From Fastidiosibacter lacustris (GTDB lineage Bacteria > Pseudomonadota > Gammaproteobacteria > Francisellales > Francisellaceae), in assembly GCF_003428155.1 (NCBI RefSeq), contig NZ_QLIR01000013.1, positions 17,917 to 49,916 on the forward strand: 32,000 nt of DNA, read 5' to 3'. Under the pieces are notes generated by a model. That model ran no database searches. It saw nothing but the letters and a program-made list of their open reading frames with translations, and had not been told where the DNA came from. Positions 16,452 to 24,232 of the stretch are shown one piece after another. Made by a program: the position numbers and the translations under genes. How positions within the stretch are numbered: the stretch's first letter is position 1; every line of letters begins with the position of its first letter.

Positions 16452-19022
16452 TTGATCTTTGGACTATGCCACACTACTTGCCTGAGCTTGCCCATGAGGA
16501 GCGGCATAGACAGACAGTTTTTACTGCATGATTTTCTGGTGGATAGGTTGCTACGTGGCCTGATATTTAAGTTGAGAAAAAAATACACTTTAGAAGATTT
16601 AAGTCAACAGTCAGATATATTGGCTTTTTTAAAACAACAAGAAAGCTCTAGGCGTAGTAATGGTGGTTTTGCACGTGTTCACATTCCAAATGCAAATTTA
16701 GGTGAAACAGGAGCAGAAGATTACCCGCGTTGTGGTACTGCGTTTGATTGGCTAGAAAGTCAATTTAAAAAAGAATCTCTGTTAAGTTTTGTTAATATAC
16801 ATAAGTTTAATGCAAACGCAATGACAGATACCGTTATTAAGATGCAGCAAAGTGTTCAAGATGTCTATAGTCACTTTTTTAACATGTCGGCAAGCTCACA
16901 AAATATCATGATGCAGAACTTGGCAATCAATGCCATGCGTGATGGTTGGGATAATGTCAAGATAAGTCGTAATCCTGCCGCGGCATCATTAAATTATGCA
17001 AAAACACAAAGTGAAATGTCTCGTACAGCTTCGTGGATTTCAGTCGGTGTTATGGCACAAGAGTATGTGCCTATGTTGCATACTATTTTAATGTTGATTG
17101 TTTGTTGTGCTTTCATTCCTGTGGTGTATATGTGCTTCTTTCCAGGGTTTTTCTTTAAACTCATTGGTAAATATATTGGTAGCTTCATTTGGTTAGGCAC
17201 ATGGCCTTTGTTTTTTGTTTTCATTAATTTCATTATGACAACAATCATGGCTGTACATTTAGCGGTGCAAGAAGGTGGCTTAGGTGGATTAACCTTATCG
17301 ACCATTGATGGCGCAAGTGCATTGGCATGGCGATATACGGCATTGACTGGCTGGATGCTGATGTTTGTGCCATATTTATCAAGGATGCTGATTATGGGTG
17401 CAGGCGCTACGATGATGGGTGTTGCGACAAGTATGACTTCACAGTTGTCTACTGATGCTGAAAAAGGTGCAAGAGGATTAAGTGAGGGGAGTTTTGATTT
17501 AGCTAATACGACGGTTGCGCAACATCAAATGAATAATGTAACAGGTCATCAAACGATGCTACAACCGACAACGACTTATGGCGGTGAGCGTGAATCGTTA
17601 ATGGCAGGAGGATCAAGAATGCAAACTGCTAACGGCATCACTTACAATAATGCTGGTGTTGTTGATCAACAGCCTTTTGATTTTAGAAGTGGGCAAACAG
17701 TGTCTACGGGCTTGTCGCAAACACAAGCAATGTATGAGAAGCTCGGTCAATCTGATGCCAAAGCATTTAATGAATCCTATCAAGCCGGTATTTCGGATAT
17801 TAGCCAGCAAAATGTATCAAAAGCCTTAAAAGATCATATTGGTTCAACTAATAGTAGTGTATCAAGTGTACAGTTAGCTAAGGCGCTGTCGACAATGACG
17901 GATACTCATAATCGGTTTAGTCAGGATCAGATTAATAGTGCTATGGAAGGTTGGAGTAACGAACTGGGTGGGGAGGCTAAATTAGGTACTGGAGAGCTTT
18001 TTAAGTTTTTTTCTTTAAATGGTTACAAAAGGGCAGGATGGAACTCGAGTGGTTCAGATACCATCAATAATTCTGTCGGTTTAACTTTAGATCAAGCAAA
18101 AGCTTATCGTGAAGCACAAGACGTTGTCATGAGTGGAAGTAAAACTGATTTTGCCACGCTTGATAAAGTGATTGGCTTAGACAATGGTCAATCCCTACAA
18201 GCTAACTTTAACAAAGCAAAGGCTTATAGTGAATCTGCGCAACGCAACTTTGAGTTAGCAACACAAGCAGGTGAAGCGGCAAACTATGCCAAAAACAACG
18301 ACTTTGGTTTTAGTCAAAATAAAATGCCTGATTTCAATAGCTATATTCACAATAATTATAAAGATCAGGCAACATCTTGGTTGGGTGATATAAGTAAGCA
18401 GAATGATCCACTGTTTAAGCAAGCACAAGCTGACTTTGTACAAGCCAATAGTGATGTTTATTTAGATTGGTACAAACAAAACGCTGAAAGCATTAATGCA
18501 AGAGGACAGACAAGCATTGATGGTTTATCGCATGATGTAGATCAAGGTAAAAATTTGGTACACCAATCTCGTGCCGATAATGATCAGACAGTCAAAAAAG
18601 GGCATACCATTATCCAAGCTGAACTTGAGCAAGGCATACATGAGCGAAGAGGAGAAACAATGCAATCAACAATGAGTAATTATGAGCGGTTACATCAAGC
18701 TACCTTAGCGGAAATGCGTAAGCTAGGATTAACGACTAACCAATCACTAGTGATTGATCAGCCTAAGAATCCATTTGATCTTGACCGACCAGATATGATT
18801 AAAATTGATCAAGTAAACAAACAAATCAATACTCAATCAGGAGGACTGCAAAATGACAAGGAATCGCTATCTAAAAATGTGCAAGCAAAAATAGATAAAG
18901 GTATTTCAATTATTCCAGATAGAGATGATGGTGCTTATGATATACAAAAACTTAATAATAATTCTGCTATTGAGAATAGTAAACTTGGAAAAGAGGCGTG
19001 GAATAATCTTTTCAAAAAATAG
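16452..19022 (+). CDS. traG: F-type conjugative transfer protein TraG homologue (mating-pair stabilisation/entry-exclusion target), 5'-truncated orphan
   Basis: 856-codon open frame. It has a polytopic block (VPMLHTILMLIVCCAFIPVVYMCFF, FIWLGTWPLFFVFINFIMT, WMLMFVPYLSRMLIMGAGA), then a roughly 500-aa hydrophilic Q/N/S-rich tail, which is the TraG_N plus C-terminal periplasmic layout. From memory, the KYTLEDL segment and the LQTWPL-like helix align with F-plasmid TraG starting more than 100 residues into that protein. The frame cannot extend beyond a TAG at 16389-16391, inside the preceding gene. The only starts are TTG 16452 or ATG 16494, and neither has a clear SD. Confidence 0.6.
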   Translation: MIFGLCHTTCLSLPMRSGIDRQFLLHDFLVDRLLRGLIFKLRKKYTLEDLSQQSDILAFLKQQESSRRSNGGFARVHIPNANLGETGAEDYPRCGTAFDWLESQFKKESLLSFVNIHKFNANAMTDTVIKMQQSVQDVYSHFFNMSASSQNIMMQNLAINAMRDGWDNVKISRNPAAASLNYAKTQSEMSRTASWISVGVMAQEYVPMLHTILMLIVCCAFIPVVYMCFFPGFFFKLIGKYIGSFIWLGTWPLFFVFINFIMTTIMAVHLAVQEGGLGGLTLSTIDGASALAWRYTALTGWMLMFVPYLSRMLIMGAGATMMGVATSMTSQLSTDAEKGARGLSEGSFDLANTTVAQHQMNNVTGHQTMLQPTTTYGGERESLMAGGSRMQTANGITYNNAGVVDQQPFDFRSGQTVSTGLSQTQAMYEKLGQSDAKAFNESYQAGISDISQQNVSKALKDHIGSTNSSVSSVQLAKALSTMTDTHNRFSQDQINSAMEGWSNELGGEAKLGTGELFKFFSLNGYKRAGWNSSGSDTINNSVGLTLDQAKAYREAQDVVMSGSKTDFATLDKVIGLDNGQSLQANFNKAKAYSESAQRNFELATQAGEAANYAKNNDFGFSQNKMPDFNSYIHNNYKDQATSWLGDISKQNDPLFKQAQADFVQANSDVYLDWYKQNAESINARGQTSIDGLSHDVDQGKNLVHQSRADNDQTVKKGHTIIQAELEQGIHERRGETMQSTMSNYERLHQATLAEMRKLGLTTNQSLVIDQPKNPFDLDRPDMIKIDQVNKQINTQSGGLQNDKESLSKNVQAKIDKGISIIPDRDDGAYDIQKLNNNSAIENSKLGKEAWNNLFKK

Positions 19023-19030
19023 AGAGAACT

Positions 19031-19441
19031 CTATCTAAAGTGTTTCATCATGAATTGTTTTATAACTGGGAAACTTGCTTTATAGGCGCAAAACCAAAAA
19101 GAAGCAATACATATAAAAAAGGTAATACCTGTTGTTATAAAAGCTGTTTTTGCTTCTTCAAAACTTATTGTATGTATATTTGTTATAAAGTTGAAAACAT
19201 GTAAAAAGATTGAAACTACTGCAATAGCAATAGCAATCACGGCAAAAATCGCATACTTCTTCTGCTCAGGCGTGATTTCTATTTTATCGTCTTCTGACTT
19301 CACCATTTTCACGGCAATGGGTTCTTGATTGTTTGATTTTTCAGTTTTGAAAATATCGATCATTTCCTTAGCCATTTCCTTAGCCAATTCAGGGTGAGTT
19401 TCAGCGATTTTTAATAGTCTTTCTTTTTGCTTATCATTCAT
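19031..19441 (-). CDS. Hypothetical two-TM inner-membrane protein (136 aa)
   Basis: A charged N-terminal 65 aa (KERLLKIAETHPELAKEMAKEM) is followed by two hydrophobic helices (YAIFAVIAIAIAVVSIFLHVF; ITTGITFFICIASFWFCAY). It is convergent with traG, with the two stops 8 nt apart. No family recognised. Confidence 0.5.
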   Translation of the reverse strand: MNDKQKERLLKIAETHPELAKEMAKEMIDIFKTEKSNNQEPIAVKMVKSEDDKIEITPEQKKYAIFAVIAIAIAVVSIFLHVFNFITNIHTISFEEAKTAFITTGITFFICIASFWFCAYKASFPVIKQFMMKHFR

Positions 19442-19526
19442 AGCATTGTCCTTGTTTTTATTAACTTTTGCTCTTTGAGCAACCTAACATAAAATGGGGT
19501 AAAATACAATCATTGGCAATGATTAG

Positions 19527-19808
19527 CTAACCAAAAATTTCACTGTGCGACCCAAGCCTTGCGAGTTTTAAAATATCATCACCTTCTTTACGATAAACTA
19601 AAAGCAAATCAGGTTTTAAATGGCATTCTCGATAACCCTGCCAATTGCCGATTAGATCATGGTCGAGCAATTTAGGTTCAAGCGGGAGATCATTAGCCAG
19701 ATAATTTAGAATCATGGGCAATATTTGACTGAGTTGAGTCCGATACTTGCCTTTTGACTCACGCTTGTAGTCTTTTTTGAATGTATTTGCTCGTTCAATC
19801 GTCCGCAT
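19527..19808 (-). CDS. yafQ: Type II toxin, YafQ/RelE-family mRNA interferase
   Basis: 93 aa with FKKDYKR...L...L..D.PL....DH.L.G.W.G.RECH..PD.LL.Y, the YafQ-family pattern. It overlaps the antitoxin gene by 14 nt. Confidence 0.85.
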   Translation of the reverse strand: MRTIERANTFKKDYKRESKGKYRTQLSQILPMILNYLANDLPLEPKLLDHDLIGNWQGYRECHLKPDLLLVYRKEGDDILKLARLGSHSEIFG

Positions 19809-20061
19809 TCAGATCATCCATTAATGCGTCAATGGATTGAAACTTTTTGCCTTTTCCAGACTCTAGTTCATTAATGGCATCAAGTGTTTTTTTATTTGGC
19901 AGTTTAATTTCAAAGGGCAATCGATGTTCATCCGCAACCCTGAGCATAAGTAAGCGAATAGCATCAGAAATAGACAGTCCCATTGCTTGCAATGCTTCGG
20001 CTGCTCTTTCTTTAGTATTCATGTCAATTCTTGCCCGTACATAGGTATTGTTTGTACTCAT
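19795..20061 (-). CDS. dinJ: Type II antitoxin, DinJ/RelB family
   Basis: I start it at MSTNNTYVRARIDMNTKERAAEALQAMGLSISDAIRLLMLRVADEHRLPFE (ATG 20061-20059), preceded by GGAGACGGTA. This is the ribbon-helix-helix DinJ pattern. The track start at 20127 would read through the promoter/operator. Confidence 0.85.
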   Translation of the reverse strand: MSTNNTYVRARIDMNTKERAAEALQAMGLSISDAIRLLMLRVADEHRLPFEIKLPNKKTLDAINELESGKGKKFQSIDALMDDLNADD

Positions 20062-20090
20062 TACCGTCTCCAATGTGTACTTGTCTTTTA

Positions 20091-20119
20091 ATTGTAGTCC
20101 ATTTGTGACTACAAAGCAA
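20091..20119 (-). promoter_or_regulatory. Candidate dinJ-yafQ promoter overlapped by a perfect palindromic operator
   Basis: On the minus strand: TTGCTT (-35, 20119-20114), a 17-nt spacer, then TACAAT (-10, 20096-20091). A perfect 8-bp inverted repeat TTGTAGTC-N7-GACTACAA (20092-20114) covers the spacer and -10, 31-53 nt upstream of the dinJ ATG. Confidence 0.55.
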
Positions 20120-20148
20120 ATTTTCAACCAACCAATAAGGAAAAAAAC

Positions 20149-20235
20149 ATGAAAGAAAAGGGAAAAATCCTAAAATTATCAATAACTGCATCAATGGCAG
20201 CATCATTGTTAGCGCTTTCAGTCAAGACTAATTAA
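20149..20235 (+). CDS. 28-codon ORF that is essentially only a signal peptide (MKEKGKILKLSITASMAASLLALSVKTN); probably the stump of a lost secreted-protein gene
   Basis: ATG 20149 is preceded by TAAGGAAAAAAAC, and the TAA stop is at 20233-20235. It is below the ORF-track size cutoff and is followed by about 325 nt with no ORF. Confidence 0.2.
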   Translation: MKEKGKILKLSITASMAASLLALSVKTN

Positions 20236-20403
20236 TATAAGAAGTACATAAAGTAAATATCCAAAACCTTGCTTTGTGTTGCCTAGGTTTTAACTTATGA
20301 GATTGTTATAGCAAATCAAGAAAAATAAAGTAATGCTTCAGTTAGTATTGTATACTTTTTGCTTCTTGTACAAAGTCTATTGAATTGACATCATTATAAC
20401 ATA

Positions 20404-20413
20404 TCTATATATC
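20404..20413 (+). repeat. Right copy of 10-nt direct repeat TCTATATATC
   Basis: Identical to 16414-16423. It lies in the non-coding stretch 148 nt upstream of the DMT-family gene. Confidence 0.25.
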
Positions 20414-20560
20414 TAGTCATATGGATAAATTAAACGTCATAAGCGCCCTATTTGGCACTAAACCTCTGAAAATCAAACCGGACTAGGTGAAATGAATATT
20501 ATAAACCTTCTGATAAAACTGCCAGAATTACGAATAATTGTTAATAAATAAGGAAAAACT

Positions 20561-20920
20561 ATGCTTCAAATACTTTATGCACCACCAATACTCAGCATTT
20601 TGCTGCTAACTGCCTCAAATATATTTATGACTTTCGCATGGTACGGGCATCTTAAGTTTAAGACTGCACCATTATTTATAGTAATTTTGATAAGTTGGGG
20701 GATAGCGTTTTTTGAGTATTGCCTACAGGTTCCTGCCAATAGGATCGGGCATGGTCATTTTTCCGCCGTTGAACTGAAAACAATTCAGGAAGTAATTACA
20801 TTACTTGTTTTTATGGCGTTTTCAGTTTTGTATTTGGGCGAGAATATACACTGGAACCATCTTGCAGGGTTTGCATTCATTGCGCTTGGCGCTTTCTTTA
20901 TCTTTCATAAATGGGTGTGA
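20561..20920 (+). CDS. DMT-superfamily small membrane protein (DUF486-like, 4 TM)
   Basis: 119 aa, four hydrophobic helices. The pattern MTFAWYGHLKF...FFEYCLQVPANRIGH...ELK.IQE is as I recall for the DUF486/EamA-like half-size transporters. AAGGAAAAAC precedes the ATG. Confidence 0.6.
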   Translation: MLQILYAPPILSILLLTASNIFMTFAWYGHLKFKTAPLFIVILISWGIAFFEYCLQVPANRIGHGHFSAVELKTIQEVITLLVFMAFSVLYLGENIHWNHLAGFAFIALGAFFIFHKWV

Positions 20921-21017
20921 TGATGAAAAAGTCCCCCACAATGGGTAATGAATAAGAAATTAAGAACATATAAATATTTATGCTTTCATAATAGATTAGC
21001 ATTACTATCGAGCTTTG

Positions 21018-21878
21018 TTAAGCCACGATTCTCCATGCACTTTTATCGGTAAGTAAAACTCTAAGTAGTTTATTATTTAAAGCATGGCTAGATTTATAAC
21101 AGTTAAAGTAACCGATAATATGACCGCCAACATAAAAATCACCAATTGCATCTAAGAGTTTATGTTTAACGAATTCATCAGGATAACGAAGTCCTTCTGG
21201 ATTGGCGATGCCGTCTTTCGTAATGCCAACTGCATTGTCAAGGGATGCTCCTTTGGCAAGGTTATTGGTATGCAAATACTCCAGTTGGTCGACAAAACCA
21301 AAAGTTCTTGCACGTGAAATACGTTCAATATAATCTTGTTGTTCTCCAGAGAATTCCACAACACAAGGTGTATTGGCAATAACAGGATGATCCCATTGAA
21401 TTTCAAACCGATAATGAGTTGACTCTGTAGGTAATACTTCTGCAAATTTATCAGCTTCTTGGACTCGTACGGGTTTTAGCACTTTTATAGATTTACGTGC
21501 TTTGCTTTGTGCTTTTACTCCAACTTTTTTTAAGGCTTTAACGAATTCAATACTGCTGCCATCCATAACTGGAAGCTCAGGAGCATCAATTTCCACAATA
21601 ATATTATCAACTCTAAATATACATAATGTCGACATTAAGTGCTCTATGGTTGAAATGCTGACATTTTTGTCATCTGGAGAAGCCAATAAAGTGCACATAA
21701 TCGCTTCAGTAATATTAAAAGGCGTGATTTTAATCTCTTTGGCTGGGGTAAAATCGACACGTTTAAATATAATACCCATATCTGTGTCTGCAGGCAGTAA
21801 ACGCATATTCACTTTTGTCCCTGAATGAATACCAATACCAGAAAGCATGATCACATCAGAAATTGTGTGTTGATACAT
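21018..21878 (-). CDS. lpxC: UDP-3-O-acyl-N-acetylglucosamine deacetylase
   Basis: Collinear with E. coli LpxC: GIGIHSG, STIEHLMS (Glu/His), PVMDGSS, SRARTFGF, FVKHKLLDAIGD (His/Asp zinc ligands), YKSSHALNNKLL. I prefer the start at MYQHT (21878); the track start is 21890. Confidence 0.92.
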   Translation of the reverse strand: MYQHTISDVIMLSGIGIHSGTKVNMRLLPADTDMGIIFKRVDFTPAKEIKITPFNITEAIMCTLLASPDDKNVSISTIEHLMSTLCIFRVDNIIVEIDAPELPVMDGSSIEFVKALKKVGVKAQSKARKSIKVLKPVRVQEADKFAEVLPTESTHYRFEIQWDHPVIANTPCVVEFSGEQQDYIERISRARTFGFVDQLEYLHTNNLAKGASLDNAVGITKDGIANPEGLRYPDEFVKHKLLDAIGDFYVGGHIIGYFNCYKSSHALNNKLLRVLLTDKSAWRIVA

Positions 21879-22120
21879 ATTTATGTCCATTTGCTATAAC
21901 ATGAAGCCATTATTGCTTATCCACCTATACTCAGCAACTCTAAGAAAGCATTAATATTGAATAAATTGATCGTCACTTTACTATAACTACGAAACCAAAG
22001 ACTATAAAATAACTTGTAGTGGCTATAAAGTAAGGTGCTGCATTGTACTGAAATTCTTTACATGCTAGGGAATGAGAATTAGCATATACTATTTGTAGGT
22101 TTTATATTGAAAGTATAATA

Positions 22121-22510
22121 ATGAACATCAGACCTCAATACCATTTTAGGCGATCAAAAGAAGGTAGGCTTTTGATTTGGGATGTTCGTAAGCTTATTAC
22201 TCAAGCACAATCCCTTGATAAAAGGCTTGTGAAAATATCAGACCTCACAGAGGTGGATGAATGTTATTGGTATGAACCAGGCGGCGATCAACCAACGTGT
22301 AGAAGTGTTACAGAGCATGCAAAAATCATCCAAGAATCTGACCTAAATTACCCAATTATTTTGTGCCAACAGGGCAAGATAATGGATGGTATGCACAGAG
22401 TATGTAAAGCAATGATACTGGGGCATAAGATGATTTATGCCGTGCAGTTTAAATATTATATCGATCCTGATTATATCGATCTGGACCCCAAAGACCTAAA
22501 TTATGATTAA
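22121..22510 (+). CDS. Small ParB/Srx-fold (ParB N-terminal domain-like) protein, function unknown
   Basis: 129 aa. YPIILCQQGKIMDGMHRVCKAMILG carries the (I/L)-x-DG-x-HR core of the ParB/sulfiredoxin fold. There is no HTH or dimerisation domain. Its stop overlaps the PPTase start (ATGATTAA, 22503-22510). No convincing SD before 22121. Confidence 0.5.
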   Translation: MNIRPQYHFRRSKEGRLLIWDVRKLITQAQSLDKRLVKISDLTEVDECYWYEPGGDQPTCRSVTEHAKIIQESDLNYPIILCQQGKIMDGMHRVCKAMILGHKMIYAVQFKYYIDPDYIDLDPKDLNYD

Positions 22511-23162
22511 TGTATATATTGTTGATATAAACAAATTTGATTATGAAAAAACGAATCGTCTGCTTCCAAAAGCTATCAGGTATCAAGCAGAAAATTTTAA
22601 GCTAGAAAAGAAACGCAAGGAATATCTGGCATCTCAATGGCTAAGATACCATGTATTAAGTGAATACTTAGCATGCGATTGGAAATTACTGCAATTTAGT
22701 TATACCCAAAAGGGTCGTCCTTATCTTAGCGATTACCCAGAGCTTGACTTTAATATCAGCCATAGCAAACACTACGTGGTGATGGCACTTACAAAAGGGC
22801 AGCGTGTTGGGATAGATATTCAAACAATGAAAGAAAAGATAGATGTACTGAGTATTGCTAAACATTATTTCAGTGACTGTGAATATCAATGGCTTTGTCA
22901 ATTAAACGAAGATCAACAACTTCAACGTTTCTATTGGTTATGGACGTATAAGGAAGCAAGCTTAAAACTTACAGGTGACGGTATTGCCAATGGGTTAAGT
23001 GAGTTTAAGTTTACGATGGGTAATAAAGAAGAGAAGCCTTTAGAGTTATTGCCTGAAGTAACAAAAAAACTTTTTTATTATTCAATGAAACTTGATCATG
23101 ATACTTTGCTGTGTATCGCATATGAACAAAGTGCCGCAAAGTACACTATTTTGAGGCTTTGA
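22503..23162 (+). CDS. Sfp-type 4'-phosphopantetheinyl transferase
   Basis: 219 aa with GRPYL, FNISHS, VGIDIQ and WTYKEASLKLTG, the canonical Sfp/EntD/AcpT motif series. Confidence 0.85.
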   Translation: MINVYIVDINKFDYEKTNRLLPKAIRYQAENFKLEKKRKEYLASQWLRYHVLSEYLACDWKLLQFSYTQKGRPYLSDYPELDFNISHSKHYVVMALTKGQRVGIDIQTMKEKIDVLSIAKHYFSDCEYQWLCQLNEDQQLQRFYWLWTYKEASLKLTGDGIANGLSEFKFTMGNKEEKPLELLPEVTKKLFYYSMKLDHDTLLCIAYEQSAAKYTILRL

Positions 23163-23166
23163 AGAG

Positions 23167-24228
23167 TTATCGACGAATACTTGCCCCAATTGATTCTAAA
23201 CGTTTTTGAAGGCTAGGATGGGTGGAAAACATATCATCCACATTGCCTGTGGAAAATTTAGCACTGGCTGGATCATAAAGATAAGACGCACGACGCATGC
23301 GCTCATTTGCATTATGCGCGTAGCTTTGTGCGCTTTGTGGCTCACTGTGATTTTGACTAATTTTAATCAACGCATTGGCCATTGGTTTATTATCGCGCAT
23401 AAGCTCCACAGCTCCGGCATCAGCCATATATTCTCTTGTCCGACTTAAAAACAATGTCATAAGACTAGTAATAATCGGTAAGACAAATCGTAATAGCATG
23501 AGTAACATAAAGATAACCGTCATAATATTGCCACTATTGTTGTTATCGCGACGGTTGCGGTTCCCACCAAATAAAGTGGAATAAAATAAGAATTCAACCA
23601 TAAACATCAACATGTTCGACAATACAATAGAGAACAAATTCAATTTGATGTCTTGGTTGCGAATGTGTGTTAATTCATGTGCCATCACCGCTTGTAGTTC
23701 ATCACGAGTTAAGCGATTAGCCAAAGCTCGAGTAACTGCTACCATTGAGGATTTTTCTGAAAAACCCGACGCAAATGCGTTCATGTAATTTGCTTCAATC
23801 AAATAGACTCTCGGCATATACGACATGTTAGCTGCAATTTTCATCTCTTCGGTAACATTATAAATGCGTTGGCATAAGGGATCAGGATCGTTTGGATATA
23901 TTTCTTTATATTGAGTGCCAGCGAGCATGATTTTGTCGTAATAGCTAAATGTTGCCATAAGCCAAACAAAAGCAATTACCGTTGAAATGATAGTTGCCCA
24001 CGGTGTAAGCTTTAAACTTACAATCAAATAAGCAATATCACTTAAATCAACCATATGCCCGCTATAAGTTATGAGGCTGCTATATTGAACATAACGCCAA
24101 ATTAGATCAATTAAAAAGCCCAACGCAAAAAAAATAATCAAAAAAAACGTGATGACGATATAAGATTTACGAGTATTCTTTTTGACGACCTCACGCCAAT
24201 CAACGCTGTTGATATCAAGTGCAGCCAT
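23167..24228 (-). CDS. HtpX-like M48-family zinc metalloprotease (membrane-embedded)
   Basis: Two N-terminal TM helices, HEXXH as MAHELTHIRNQD, two further TM helices, then a downstream REYMADAGA glutamate motif, which is HtpX topology. ATG at 24228 lies 4 nt after the lemA stop. The track start at 24243 is a TTG overlapping lemA. Confidence 0.8.
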   Translation of the reverse strand: MAALDINSVDWREVVKKNTRKSYIVITFFLIIFFALGFLIDLIWRYVQYSSLITYSGHMVDLSDIAYLIVSLKLTPWATIISTVIAFVWLMATFSYYDKIMLAGTQYKEIYPNDPDPLCQRIYNVTEEMKIAANMSYMPRVYLIEANYMNAFASGFSEKSSMVAVTRALANRLTRDELQAVMAHELTHIRNQDIKLNLFSIVLSNMLMFMVEFLFYSTLFGGNRNRRDNNNSGNIMTVIFMLLMLLRFVLPIITSLMTLFLSRTREYMADAGAVELMRDNKPMANALIKISQNHSEPQSAQSYAHNANERMRRASYLYDPASAKFSTGNVDDMFSTHPSLQKRLESIGASIRR

Positions 24229-24232
24229 GCTT

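Noticed and set aside
15730-18443. Antisense ORFs within the amidohydrolase and traG genes (15730-15954, 16994-17305, 17613-17810, 18255-18443)
   Set aside because: All are opposite longer motif-bearing frames, with no independent signals.
19847-20206. ORFs 19847-20044(+) and 20024-20206(-), and the long 110-aa version of the antitoxin ORF starting at 20127
   Set aside because: The first is antisense to dinJ. The others run through the promoter/operator. The GGAG-preceded ATG at 20061 gives a canonical DinJ-length protein.
21152-21828. ORFs 21152-21445(-) and 21502-21828(+) within lpxC
   Set aside because: They are out of frame or antisense to the fully conserved LpxC frame.
22686-23584. 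ORFs 22686-22901(-), 23206-23448(+) and 23375-23584(+)
   Set aside because: They are antisense to the PPTase and M48 protease frames, both of which carry diagnostic motifs.
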